64,000 nt of DNA, taken from Leidyana gryllorum EB-2025a (Eukaryota > Protista > Apicomplexa). The notes under the pieces were generated by a model. That model was not told the DNA's origin. It made no database searches and saw nothing but the letters and a program-made list of their open reading frames with translations. The DNA lies in NCBI GenBank assembly GCA_048772705.1, contig JBLWGC010000208.1, positions 62,001-126,000 of the forward strand. The letters are read 5' to 3'. Shown here one piece after another: positions 23,576-35,800 of this stretch (positions are counted from its first letter, which is position 1; each line of letters begins with the position of its first letter). A program made the translations under genes and the position numbers.

Positions 23576-26500
23576 TCATACGACACTTCTTCGAGCTGGC
23601 CTTCGACTTGAGCGAGATTGTTCCGAGCCTATCGAGGATGTGCTGGCACGGCGTCTACGCTTCTCAATTGGTTCCACCGTAGAATGACTAGCTGTATGCT
23701 CTTGGATAGCGAAGAAGTCTTGCAGCGCTTTCGGCAGCTTCGCGAAGGAGCGTTCTGCCGCGAGATGACCCCCTTTTTCGTACCACAATGGCCATGGTGC
23801 TTGTCGTTCGCCAGTGTGCGTATGCCGCTCGTCGATGAGCACCGCAACTCCATGGTCTCGAGAGTGGCGGAGCACTCGTCCCACGGCTTGGAACAACGCC
23901 CGATAGGCATTCCCTCGGTACCAACGGCGACCATTCAAGACGTTTCGGAGGTTGGGATCTCCCTCTTGTCCCATTCCCATCACGGCTCGTCTACGAATGG
24001 CTCAGGATAAGATTGAGCTCACCGTTGCGGACTCACTCATCGTTGAATGCCTGTTTCGCAGCCACTGTTGGATCTCGAGTGTTTGCAAAAGGTATACCAA
24101 CGCAAATGGCACATCTGGCCAATGAATCGTCCAGGCTAGTCCCCTCGGCGAGCTTTCCGCGGTATACCCCGAAGAAGACAGCACTGCCTGGCGATTGCAG
24201 GATTGCACGCTTGTACACTTGCAGTTGTTCGCGGAAAGTTTGCGGATTGCTGTCCACACGGTGTGAGACTGCCCCGGAGAGAGAGACATCTGTCTCACCT
24301 AGCTTCGACGAAGATCTCGCCTTTCATCGCCGCGAGAGCGGTCCAGAACGTGCAGCCCATAGATGGAACTGTGGTGCTCTGCCAGTACGTGTGTGCCCTC
24401 TTCAGGAAAGCATAACTGCTAACAAAGATCAGCAAGCCTCCAGGCACAAAAGTGGCGATTGAAAGAATTGACAAACCAACTCTAGCTAAGAAATCTTCCT
24501 TTCCGATCCTGGAGAAGCTGCACAGGAACCAACTAAGTTGAACTCACTCTGCATATGTACATTTAGCCGGAGACAATCGTAATTGAGCGGTTCCCTCAAT
24601 GAGCATCTGTCCCAGAGAGGTCGGTGGGAAGCTTTTACCCACGCTGTTGAGGTAGATTGATGGTCAAGCGGTGAGATCTCACCAGATCTCGGACGGCATG
24701 TCTTGCATTGCGAAAACACGGAATTGATTCGGTTTCACGACATGCAAGAGCGTTCGTACTGTAGATGGAAGACACTTGGAGCTGTAAGCTTCTCCTAATT
24801 CCGGGAAGACAGACTCAATGGGCGAAAGCGTGCCGCTGGCGAGTATAATCGACCGACACTTCTTGGCGAGTCTTTCAAACGCTACACCAGGCCACAGGCA
24901 TCGCACTCGAAATATTAGTCTTTTGGCAGGGGTGTTCGAGGCCCAAGCAGAAGGCACCCAGTCCACTCTGACTGATAGTCTCCGTAGTAATATGCCGATT
25001 GATGAATTGTGATTCACCTGAGTATGCGAAGGGGAAAGCCGAGACTAGATCAAGATAGATGCAGAGTCTTTCAAAGATGAGAAACTTGGTGTTGACTCGT
25101 GTGATTGCGGATGCTCTCTGAAAGAGGATGATTGTTGGAGTATACTGTCTGTGACACTCACGAGATGTCGTTTCTGTGGTCTGTCGAGAAAGCGGCGTAC
25201 AAGTGACAGGAAGGGTTTGAGCAGTTGCAGCACCCGGATGGCGACCTCCAAGGAGTTGGGAGGTATCTGCATTGCTCGTAGCCAGACCTCCGCTGGGCCA
25301 CTGGCACTCGCTGGGCCGTGCGATATGACTTCGACCTCATCGACAGCTCTGAATCGTTTGTATTTGTATAAGGGTGGGAGGCGGGTTATTCACACACCTT
25401 GCGAATCTGTCTCTCTGGGTTGATACAAAGCTGAGGGATTATCGATGAGGGGGACAACAAGTGATCAACTCACTTCAGGACGTCGCGAATATGATTGAAG
25501 AAGGGAGCGAAAGTTTTGAGTGCTGCTCCAGCAGCTTCGCTCAAAGACTCAATGCATGTATCGTCATGAGTCTGGAGTCCTCCGAAGGTGTGCTGGAAGT
25601 CCGTCCCTGAGGGCAGTGCGAAACACTGCAGGAGAGCTTCAGCCTCGAACAAGGAGTCGAAGCTCCATTCAAAAGACGCATCCTCGCGACAATTCTTACA
25701 ATGGGATCTAAGGGTTGTGTGTTGACGGCGTGCTTACATCCTCTATGTTGTGAGCCTCATCGAATATGATGAGTCCGTCAGCCAACCGTTCTTCGAAGTC
25801 TTGAAAAAATGTCAGGAGCGGGTTGAGCAGGTAGGAGTAAGGTATGACGATGAAATTGGCTTCTTGTGCGACTGTCTGACCGACCGAGAGTCATGGCATA
25901 TGGGCACTCCCATCTGTGATACGGAACGTACCCGTTCGGCTGGTGTAGTAGGGACAACAAGAGTCTGATGGTGGTGCAGCTCGGAGGGTTCCCACAGTTG
26001 TGAGTTGCAGTTGTCCGGATTTGATTGGCAAAGTGGTACAACTCCGTGTCTGTCGAACAATGAAGCGTTCATCATGATGCCGGTTGGGAGAAGGTGCTTA
26101 CGCATTCTTCGATGTCCCAACTGCCATCTGTGTCGCATCCCTTATATGCACAGAGCGCATTGGTTATCAGTCTATTTGCAGCTGCTTGGGCGACGTGTGG
26201 TTCCGCCATGCGGCTGAGATGTATGCAAACCTTCCTGTTCTTGTCGGCAGAGTCGACAGCCTCTCGCATTTCCTCGCAGATCTGATCTATTCTCGATCTC
26301 AAACCGACATCATCTCCACCAGCCGCATCGACCAGTGGACAAGCATGCTGTCTCGCCCCCAGAACAGCCATCCGAGGATTGAACACAGTGCGCCGAATCT
26401 CTTTGGTGATATTTCTGGCCTGGGCGTGGGTACGAGTAGCGTATACCACTAACGGTGGTTTGTGCACCGCTTCGGCCTCCTCATCCTCGTCTGGGTCTCC

Positions 26501-27265
26501 TCCTACTTGCAACAGACCATCCGAGTCGCACTTTGACGTGCTCGTCGTGCTTGGCGACTCATGGGGTTCATCACTGTCTGAGACAATAACCTCCTCACTC
26601 GTGGGTATCATACAACTGGGGCTCTCCACGGCATCGTAGAAACTTCCATTCTCATCAGAGTCGACAACGACTGGCACGTGTCCCCCAACGGATACTTCTG
26701 ATTCACTGGTCATCTCAATGGGATCCCGGGTTGTGGACGGGGACTGTCTCTGCTGCTTTTTCGTAGCCTCGAGTTTCCCTGTGACATAGTATTGGTGTCT
26801 TTGCCAGCTAAGGGCCCCGCAGATGAGAGCCAGGGTTTTGCCAGTTCCTGTTGGCGACTCTATGCATCCATGAGCTCCGGAGACTGCAGCTTTGATTACG
26901 GCCATCATAACGGCCTCTTGCGCTCGAAAGGGAGTTACAGTTTCCGGGAACCATACTGGTACTCCACATAAGTGGCGGAAAGGTTTGTCGACGCTGAGTG
27001 TACGGAGTAAAGGAAAGTACTGTGCAGAGAAGAAGGAGAGATTGAGAGGTTCGTCCTCGGCGTCTCCCCTGGAGTCATCCTCCAAGTTGCCACTGGTGGC
27101 GTCGAGATGGTTTACCTGTTCTTGGAACTGGGGGTTTGACTGTAAACGTGTTGCAGCTGTACTGTCTGCAAGGGCTACATTTGCGGTGAATGTGTCCAAA
27201 AGCCATTGGAAGCCTCGAGGCACTTGGCGAGCTTTGTCAGTTTCATTGTTCCTTCCCACATACAT
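23576..27265 (-). CDS. XPD-family Fe-S DNA helicase, FANCJ/RTEL1-like, multi-exon
   Basis: IESPTGTGKT (Walker A), YATRTHAQ, Fe-S cysteines (ARQHAC..IC..VC..ECPY), WDIEE, IIFDEAHN, ILASGTLSP, RGKLAEG, GIPF, QAVGRVLRH. Confidence 0.92.
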
Positions 27266-27280
27266 TTCGATAAAAGGTCT

Positions 27281-30200
27281 TCAAAGTTCACTACCTGCCC
27301 GTTTCGCACTTCTGCGGGCTTGGCCACTCAATCTGGGTGCTTTCGGCTGCTTTCCGTCCACTTCCACCAGGGGACCAGCATTCACGTCCACTGGATGGAC
27401 GGCTTGATAACTGTCGAAGGTCGGTCTGTGGATGGCCAAGAGACTAGTTCTCAACAAACTGCGGACTGCCAGCTCCTTATCCATGGGATGAAGTCCGTGG
27501 CATGCGTCGACCAATCTCGCATCGAGATTGAGGAACAACTCGGCTTCCTCGGCATCGTTGGGAAGCTTCTTGACCAACAGCCGGTCCACCACATCGGCCA
27601 GTGCGTAGGTGGTGCCGCGATCGAGTTTCAAAGAGTTCACGGAATTGACTGTGCTCTCGATCAAACTGCGTTCGCACTCGGTGATTTTGGCCTGTCCGAA
27701 GAGAAATGCGTCTTTGCTCGGGGGCGAGCCGTAAACAACTGCTGGGTATCTCAACTCTTCGTCGAAAACATCGTCAAACTCCTGCAGTTGTCGGGTGGGA
27801 GAGCCTTCTTGAGAGCAGTCGGTCGTCTTTCGGGGGGATTTGGGGTCTTTGACGGGGGGATGGGTGGCCACCTCCCAGTCCTCATCGCCTTCCGCCACCA
27901 GCGGGATCTCAACGTCTTTCTGAGCCTTGGTGAAGGTAGGAGCCGAGTGTAATCGGCGGCGGAGACGGTTCTCGCCCTCGAAAACTCGCTTGGATCCCTG
28001 AACGATACCCTTGAAGATCTCGTTGCTGAGCTCCCTTCCAATGTCTTTGGCCATCTCGTCGCCCAGCGACTTGGTGAACTGCTTGGCTATCTTGCTGGCT
28101 GTTTCCCGAATACGGTCCAGAGTGCAGTGACTGCGAGCGCACTCATTCACAACCGATTTGTATTCGTGAGAGTCGCGAATTTGGTTCAGAGTGTCGGTGG
28201 AAGCTTGTTCGACGTCGATGCTGCAAGTTGTGGCAACGGCGTTCTCAACTTCGACAGCGAACCCTCGGATCCACTCGTCCTCCATTCCACCACTCTCCGG
28301 ATGAGCCGCCGGGTCGGTCGGCTCCACCAAGGTGGCAGCTGTGCAGACTGCCTCCAAGAAGCTCTCTTCAGTACAAGTCAACGATGTTTGCGGGATCGAG
28401 TCATCCGCGGCAACGTCCTCAAAGGCGGAGAATCCTCTCACTTGAGAGTTGAGCTCGCGGATGTTCGCTTGCCGCGCGCAGTCGGCGAGAACGTGAGCTT
28501 GAAGTGCTTTTTCCACTTCCATCTGGGGAGTTGTGGCCCGCATGATTGAGAGCAAGACGACCCGGAGATCGTGTTGTACTTCCAACGGGGAGACGTCGGG
28601 CTCGCGGCCAAGTGCTTGTCGGTAGCAGCTTTTCAAAGCAGACGCCGAGATCTTCAAACTCTCCTTAACAGCAGCCACAATCTCCTCGGCCTCGATCTGG
28701 AGGTCCACGAGAGCCGGTTTTGGCTCCTGGCTCTCGATAGCGTCACAGCGAGTGACAATGCGTCTCGCTGCCTCGACACTGAGGGGGCTCACAGAGTCTT
28801 TTTGGAGACTCCACAGCACACGCTGGGGTTTGCGCTCGTTCACGAGCAACTCAGCAACGGCTCCACTCAGTCTGCCGTAGCAGCTGTCGGGATCCACTGC
28901 CAATCCGCTCATGATTTTGCCCAACGCAGCTTGGAGGGGGGAGGCAACAGTGACTTGGATGGTGGGTTTGAGCGGTGCCGCAATCTCGATGGAGTTTTGC
29001 TGAGAAACATTGTCGACAGATTGGGTAACAACGCTGGCGCGGGGCACTTGACCGGTTTGGATATCCTTCGCTTGCGGTCTGCGTTCACCCAGGATCGGCT
29101 CAGCAATGTAAGTGACTGTCTCGACAAAGTCCTCAAACAAATCTTCAATGCCACCAACACGGCGGATCACCTGGACACTGGGTTCCACCGGGACATTGAC
29201 TGTAACTTTGTTGAGGATGGGAACAGAGTGTACAGTTTTGGCCCCAGGGGTGGCTTCCTCTTCCTCCTCAGCAGTCTCCTCACCTTCAGCCTGAGACAGG
29301 AATACTTCCCTCTCTTTCTTCAGCAAGGCAATGGCATCAGGCGATTGTTCCTTGAGGCGGTCGAACCAGCTGCCCTCGTGCTGCAGGATGAGCTTTCCAT
29401 CCTCAGCGACGCCGGCTGACTGTAAAGTAGCCACCTCACCGCCCACAACAACTTCATTGCGGAAGTCGACGGTGAGAGAGAAGGGGTCGGCTTGCGGCTT
29501 CTCCTCAGAAACCTCAATGACCAGTACAGGTGCGGGGGGAGGAGGAGTGGTAGTGGTGGTGGTGGTGGTGGTTGTAGGAGGGGCGGTTGTTGTCTGGACT
29601 TCGGCAATCTTGAACTGGGCAGGCGCCATATGTTTCGCAGCGCTTTTAGGCTTGCCGCAAGTCGAGCACGGCCAAGCCATCAGACCAGCTCCGCCTTCGC
29701 CTTTGAGTTGAGGTGGTTGGTCAAGAGTAATTCGGGTGTCCGAGTGATTTTCGTGATCAGACGAGGAATCGTCACTGCCAAAATCGATACCAATCACTTC
29801 TCCCGGGCCCTCGTCCACCGGAGCCAAGTGGTGGAACGCATCCGGTGCTGCCGTAGAAGTTCGCGGACCGCTACGGCGCTCAAAGTAGATACGGTTGCTG
29901 TTATGATCATCGACAATATCGTCGATCCGCCCATCCGGACGTCCGGCGTTACCGTCAGAATCCGAGTCATTGTAAAAACCGTCATCGCCTTCGCGGTCGG
30001 TGTAATGGTCACCCGACCGTCCGCCGCGCGAGCCGCGACCCCCTCGTGGCTTTCGCGTGAGGTCACCCGGTGGAATCGCGAAATCATCATCTGAAGCTGG
30101 GATTGCAGGGGTCGGAGTTGAGACGGGGGGTTTCGGGGTGGTCATGGGGACAGGTCTGGGAACAGGAGGAACAGGTGCACCGTGATGCTTCCCTCCCCCG

Positions 30201-30850
30201 TAGGCGGTCGGGTACACATCATACCAGATCTCACATTGGGGAGTGTCATACAAGGGATAACCAAGACGGGTGAAGGCGCAGGGATCGACAGCGAAGCTGC
30301 GACCGAAGGAAGTTGCCCAAACTGGGAGCTTGAGAACTTTCTCCACAGTAATGCGCTTTTGCACGGCAGCCTTCTTTGCAGGACTCACATACTTGCCAGC
30401 TTTTGACAAGATGTCGCGTTCAACTTCCACATCCGCGGAAGATGGCCAGCGTGAACCCGCCAATATTGCTTCCTTTGTAGCAACTCTAATCTGCGCCGGG
30501 GATGGGATTTCGAGAACTTGACGTTCTTCGCATGCCGTAGTGACGACCCCTCTGAGGAACTCGTTGGCAAACTGGCCTGCCAGGTCAAGCTGGCCGCCCA
30601 GACGCTCATCCAAGCTCTCAGACGCCTGGACTAGGGTGTTGAGCTGTTCATAGATGTCTGTGAGGAAGGGCGGAGTGGTCTGCAGGAACTCCCGAGCGAC
30701 ATTGTTAATAACTGAGCGAACTTGCTCAGCACAAGCCGCGGTATCGAGGTGGGCGACTGCTGGCCACCAAACGGACTGTTGGCGGCTAGTAGCTTCCTGT
30801 GAGGGCGGTCCCGCAGCCGCCAGAGCGGTGAAGACCGGAAGAAGGAACAT
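27281..30850 (-). CDS. Large secreted/surface protein (1189 aa) with Pro/Thr mucin-like tracts and Cys-containing helical regions
   Basis: Single long ORF; MFLLPVFTALAAA signal peptide; poly-Thr/Pro; no recognised domain. Confidence 0.8.
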   Translation of the reverse strand: MFLLPVFTALAAAGPPSQEATSRQQSVWWPAVAHLDTAACAEQVRSVINNVAREFLQTTPPFLTDIYEQLNTLVQASESLDERLGGQLDLAGQFANEFLRGVVTTACEERQVLEIPSPAQIRVATKEAILAGSRWPSSADVEVERDILSKAGKYVSPAKKAAVQKRITVEKVLKLPVWATSFGRSFAVDPCAFTRLGYPLYDTPQCEIWYDVYPTAYGGGKHHGAPVPPVPRPVPMTTPKPPVSTPTPAIPASDDDFAIPPGDLTRKPRGGRGSRGGRSGDHYTDREGDDGFYNDSDSDGNAGRPDGRIDDIVDDHNSNRIYFERRSGPRTSTAAPDAFHHLAPVDEGPGEVIGIDFGSDDSSSDHENHSDTRITLDQPPQLKGEGGAGLMAWPCSTCGKPKSAAKHMAPAQFKIAEVQTTTAPPTTTTTTTTTTPPPPAPVLVIEVSEEKPQADPFSLTVDFRNEVVVGGEVATLQSAGVAEDGKLILQHEGSWFDRLKEQSPDAIALLKKEREVFLSQAEGEETAEEEEEATPGAKTVHSVPILNKVTVNVPVEPSVQVIRRVGGIEDLFEDFVETVTYIAEPILGERRPQAKDIQTGQVPRASVVTQSVDNVSQQNSIEIAAPLKPTIQVTVASPLQAALGKIMSGLAVDPDSCYGRLSGAVAELLVNERKPQRVLWSLQKDSVSPLSVEAARRIVTRCDAIESQEPKPALVDLQIEAEEIVAAVKESLKISASALKSCYRQALGREPDVSPLEVQHDLRVVLLSIMRATTPQMEVEKALQAHVLADCARQANIRELNSQVRGFSAFEDVAADDSIPQTSLTCTEESFLEAVCTAATLVEPTDPAAHPESGGMEDEWIRGFAVEVENAVATTCSIDVEQASTDTLNQIRDSHEYKSVVNECARSHCTLDRIRETASKIAKQFTKSLGDEMAKDIGRELSNEIFKGIVQGSKRVFEGENRLRRRLHSAPTFTKAQKDVEIPLVAEGDEDWEVATHPPVKDPKSPRKTTDCSQEGSPTRQLQEFDDVFDEELRYPAVVYGSPPSKDAFLFGQAKITECERSLIESTVNSVNSLKLDRGTTYALADVVDRLLVKKLPNDAEEAELFLNLDARLVDACHGLHPMDKELAVRSLLRTSLLAIHRPTFDSYQAVHPVDVNAGPLVEVDGKQPKAPRLSGQARRSAKRAGSEL
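29546..29576 (-). repeat. (ACC)n-type codon repeat encoding poly-Thr
   Basis: ggtggtggt run on + strand, in frame within the 27281-30850 ORF. Confidence 0.8.
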
Positions 30851-30930
30851 TGTAGCTTGTAACTCTGTTTGTGTGTAAGTCAGTCAGTCAGCCTGCCATG
30901 ACACACAGAGAAGACGACGCAAACATGACA

Positions 30931-32793
30931 CTATGACCGTCTCCCAATCACTTTGGGTAAGAAGCGGAGTGAACGCTTGCTTCCATCTTGACCTCGACAA
31001 TTAAGTTGTGGCCGTGCTTGTCGCTGTCGCCTCCCGCTTCTGGAGTCAGTGTCTTTGGCGTTGGACAACCCTGGATCGTCGTCGGGTTCATCTTCATCCA
31101 CGTCGACGTCCACATCCTTCAGCGCCAGGTTCAAAGGGTCTGTGGCATTTTTGTATGGGCAGCAAGCCGATAACTCGCGGGCTTACTTTCTCGAGCCGGC
31201 GTTTGAGGTGGTATAGCTAGTTCAGTGGCGTCGACTGACGGTCGCTTCCGGCCCTTCGATCGACTGGTGTCCAACAAGCGAGCAAAGTCCACATCCGAAG
31301 TGATCTGGAGTGAATGTTCATATGCAAAGTGGCCCCAGCTACATACCCAGCTCATGCTTTCTGGTATCTGCCAATCCTCGGCTCCTTTTATCAACATTCG
31401 CCCGATTTTGGACTCATCGCAGTCTCCGGAAGACCTTAGAGACTTAAGAAATCTCACGATGCTTTCAAGTCGCAGACGGAGGAGGAATGATTGCAATACC
31501 TAAAGACAGCAAACATGTGTGGGGGTGGGAGCCGGAGTTGAGTGAGGCCCCCGGGGAGTAGTGGGAAGATCAATGTCGGTGTACCTTAAGCAATGACAGA
31601 GTGACAGGCAGAATAGCGTGTAGCCCCGTGCACAGGATATAGTCCCACACAATCACCACCGTCCCTAACGGCAGGGAGGTGACAAACAGAGTGAGATACC
31701 TGACATGTCGTAAAAGCGGAGCCAAAGTGAAGACATGCCACTCAAGTAGTAGCAATCTCACCACTGATGCAAATACACAGGAGGTAACACATTCTCTTGT
31801 ATGAAGTGGCGGCGGAGCTCAGGAGCGTATAATTCAGCCAGCATATCGAAGGCTGAGCGGGCAGTTGTGTCGACCAGTTTGCCTTTGAGCACTCACTCAC
31901 TGTCTATATAGGGTTCTAAGAGAGGAAATCCTTCGCGGAAGAAGCCGTGCAGTTGGTAGCGCGACATGAGGGTAGCGAAGAACCAGAAGGTCTCTACTTC
32001 GGGAGCGAAACCCGAGACGAGCATAATGAATCCCATGACAAAGTTCATGCCCTGGCAATATCCAACATGGGGGGCGAAGTTAGCATATGCATTCTGCGGT
32101 GAAGTCGTGGGACGTACGAGAGAGATAGAGAGAGAGGCTCACCAGCACTACGTGTAAAGACTTCTGTGCTTGGACATCGAATATAGGAATCTCAGGGAAG
32201 GTACGTGCAATATCAATATCAATCAAAGCTGCAAACTTGGAGGGTTTCTCGGACAGCTTCTGGAATAGCTCCACTGGATTCATATCATTTGACATCTCTT
32301 CTAGCCTCGCTATGCTGAATTCATCGTCATATTGCTCTTCGTCGTCTCCTGACTCCCCATCTTGTCCAGGCGGAATTCGATACGGCACGAGTGGGATGAC
32401 AGGAGAGAGATCCGGAGATTCCAACAGCGTCTTCAATCCGACCACCACAGTCCAAGCTTCCCATCGGAACTTTTGAGGCACGCCTCTGTCAATAGAACGA
32501 TAGTCATTGGGGGACGTCGAGTTGTCTAACCTCTTCATCCGCCGCTGAAAAGTGGTGGTATGATCCCGATGGAATCCAGCCAAGTCGCGAGTCTTCATGC
32601 TCTTCCACTTCAGGTAGGTGCGAGTGCTGCTGACTCCATACGCCTCATTCTGACAAGGCTTTTGAACTGCATCAGCAATGGTACCACTTACGAATACAGC
32701 AGCAACCGCATCTTGGGATCTGTCGGGGGAGGATGTATCTGGACGGGATGGAGCAGCCTCGTCCCTCATTTTGACTTCAGTTGTCGCCACCAT
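30931..32793 (-). CDS. TBC-domain Rab GTPase-activating protein, multi-exon
   Basis: GVPQKFRWEAW, IDIDIARTF (Arg finger), YANFAPHVGYCQGMNF (Gln finger), WDYILCTG. Confidence 0.9.
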
Positions 32794-32869
32794 TATTCTA
32801 TTCACCGTCTTCGCTAACGTGAGGCTGCCATTTGCTAGGGGAGATAGACAAGGTACTTTTTATTTTGGG

Positions 32870-35800
32870 ATGGACGGGGTGCCTGCTGACCTCGGGGAAT
32901 ATCTCTCCAATAAGAAGCATCGTCTACCCAAGTTCAGGACAGATGCCTACTACTCAAGACGAGGAAGAGGATGGGCCACCGAACAACTCGTCGCAAAGGC
33001 CATGCGAGACGAGAAGCACAAGGACTATGTTAGAGCATATCTCTGCTGCGAAGAGTCTCCATCCAGTATCGCGAGATGCCGTGTTTGTGGCGGCGCTATC
33101 ACTCGAGGGGAACCCCGTATTGCATACCCTATTGCGGTAGGTCCCACAATCGTTTGATGTATCTGCAATCTACTTTATCTACAAAACAGGATCCAAGAGG
33201 GAATTATGGCCTCATTGGTGCCTGGCTGCACACCAGATGCGCAGCACGGACTGTGCAAGATGTCTATCATGCCTTTTTAGAAGACCGAGGCTCTCGCGAC
33301 CCCAGTCCCATGCCAAGTGACGAGGAAGAGGAAATCGTCGCCCTGGACGCCTTTGCCTGTACCACGGCTGCTCCCAAAGCGAAAAGTAAAGCTAAAGCCA
33401 AAGTCAAGGCGAAGGCCAAACCGAAAGCCGCCCCGAAACAGGCAGACAAGGGTGAGGGAACAGATCAAGATGTGGCCTCCCCACCAAAACGCCGGAGACG
33501 CACCAGTGCCAAGGCGAAACCCAAGGCGAGGCCAAAAGCAGCGCCGAAAGGGGACCAAGATATGGATACTATTCTCCCAGGAGACGAGTTACCGCCACTT
33601 GCAGAAGCCGCCTCCATTCCACGAAAGACCAGAAAAGGCTCCAGGAGTGCCCCATCATTGCCAACACGGAATCCGCCCGAGGAGGGCAATGCGAGTGGGG
33701 CTCATAGTGCACCCGCCATCGTTGAGCCCCAGAAAACTGTCAACGATTCTGAGCCCCTGAAGTCGGAACCCAAGAGCGAAGACAGAAAGATCAAACAGGA
33801 GATCTCGGAAGCAGACCAGCAACAACGAGAAGTCAACACTACTGAAGAACGGGTAGAAGTCATTAAGGCGGTGGAAGTGGAAAACGCGTCAAAGACCTCT
33901 GCGAAGCCGCCAGACCGGGGCAGCAAAACGTGGAGGTTGGCTCTGACACCGGAACTGACCGATCTGTTGAATTTCCTCCGTAAATACTGTGTTGGCTTCA
34001 TCTACTTTACTCATGCGAAGCAACAAGAGATCTTCTTTGAGGTCTCTTCCGACTCCACAGAGGCTGAAGAGATCAATATGAATGACTTTGTCAAAAGAGT
34101 TTTGACGGCTCGTCATCCACCTCCTCCGGAACTCACTGTTCCCCTTTTACCCTTCCAGGAAGAAGGGTTGGCTTGGATGGTGAATCAGGAATTGAGCGAA
34201 GTTCATGGAGGGGTTTTGGCAGACGAGATGGGTATGGGAAAGACCGTTCAGACTATCGCGCTGATGCTGGCTCGGAAAGTCTACGGCTCTTATCATCCCC
34301 ATCTGGCCGATAAGATGGAGGAAGAACCGCAGGCAGAAGTGACAACGCATGATGGCGGCCCAGCGGAACCCGCTGAGGACGCTCGTCATGCTGATATGTT
34401 GAGGGGGGCCAACCTCGTGGTAGCGCCGCTGGCTGCCGTGCTACAGTGGCAGGGCGAGATTGAACGTTTTACTCGTCCGGGGTCTTTGAATGTGATGGTG
34501 TACCATGGAGCCCATCGCAAATACCTATATGACGAGATGGCAAAGGCGGATGTGGTCATCACAACGTACGCGACCATTGAGAGTGACTATCGGCGAATCA
34601 TTAGCAAACATAAGCTGAGATGTCAGTACTGCGGTCGTCAATTCCTCCCTCCCAAGCTGAAACTCCACTTGATGTATATTTGTGGACCCGATGCGCAGCG
34701 AACGGAGAAACAGGCCCTGAAAGAGCGGAAGACTCGTGACGCCACCGAGCAAGCCATGAAAAGTCTGAACATTGGCGATGGCACCACCGACTTTGTACCC
34801 ACCATTGCCAACGTGTACCGAGAGATTATGATCGCCGCCGGCAGACATCAAGAAGCGGAGGATTTGAGCGCGGCTCCCTGGCTGAGCTTCAAGCGGCGTC
34901 GCACCTCGTCGGGTGTGGCGTCTCCGCCTGCCGGGCCGTCGAATCCTAGCCAAGAGGCACAGCCCGCTCCTTCCCCGAGTAGCCTGGCCGAGGACGCTGC
35001 CCCTGATGAGATTGCGGAGCCGCCTGCAGAGCCTCCCATGTTCCGTGATCCCGAGCCAGAGCTGCAACAGGTCCTGCCGGACGACGTTGAAACATGTGAT
35101 GAAGGGGGTGCCGAGGCAGACGATATCGATGTCGAGCAGCCTTCAAAGGGGAGTGCGAGTGAATCCCGTGGGGATTCCCGCCGCTCCCCAGAACCGGACG
35201 ACACATCCGTCGAAGAGATAGATATGAGTAATGGCGGAGAAGACAGCAATGGAATTCGCTTGGAAGAGATTGATGCTGAAAGGGCGAGTGCTGAGGACTG
35301 GTTCTATGCCAAAGACATTGAGTCTTTGGGGAAGATCCCTGTGAGATTGCTGAAAGAGAAGATGAGAGCTGCAGGTTTCGGTCACGTCTTGAAGTCATTG
35401 GCGAACAAGAGAGAGATCATAGAGTGGATAGGCACGAGTTTGTTCAATTTGCCTCCAGAAGACGTCGCTTCCGAGATGCGAAGCTCATCAAAGGAAAAGC
35501 CGTTGCTGGGGCACACCATGAAGTCAAACTCTTCCAATGGAGGAAAGTCCTCAAAGGTCAGCAAGCAATCATCCCGCAGCTCAAAGTCTTCTCCGCCGAA
35601 GAAACAAGGACGACCCTTGAAAAGGCGACGCGATGAGACTCCTGACGATAATGACTTTGAGGGCAGTGGGTCGAGTGACGGCAGTGATGACGATGAACCC
35701 CTCGAAAACTCGTCGGACGAAGAGTTCAACCTGAGTGAAAGCTCCGTCAGTTCTTCGAGCTCAGAAGACAGCGAGGTTGAGGACGAGATGGAGGAAAACA

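Noticed and set aside
27281-27283. Selenocysteine recoding of the TGA between the two in-frame ORFs
   Set aside because: No redox-motif context and no SECIS recognisable by eye; splicing or separate genes are simpler explanations.
27206-30094. Long plus-strand ORFs (248, 282, 200 aa) antisense to the 1189-aa gene
   Set aside because: Typical shadow ORFs of a biased-codon gene; no motifs.
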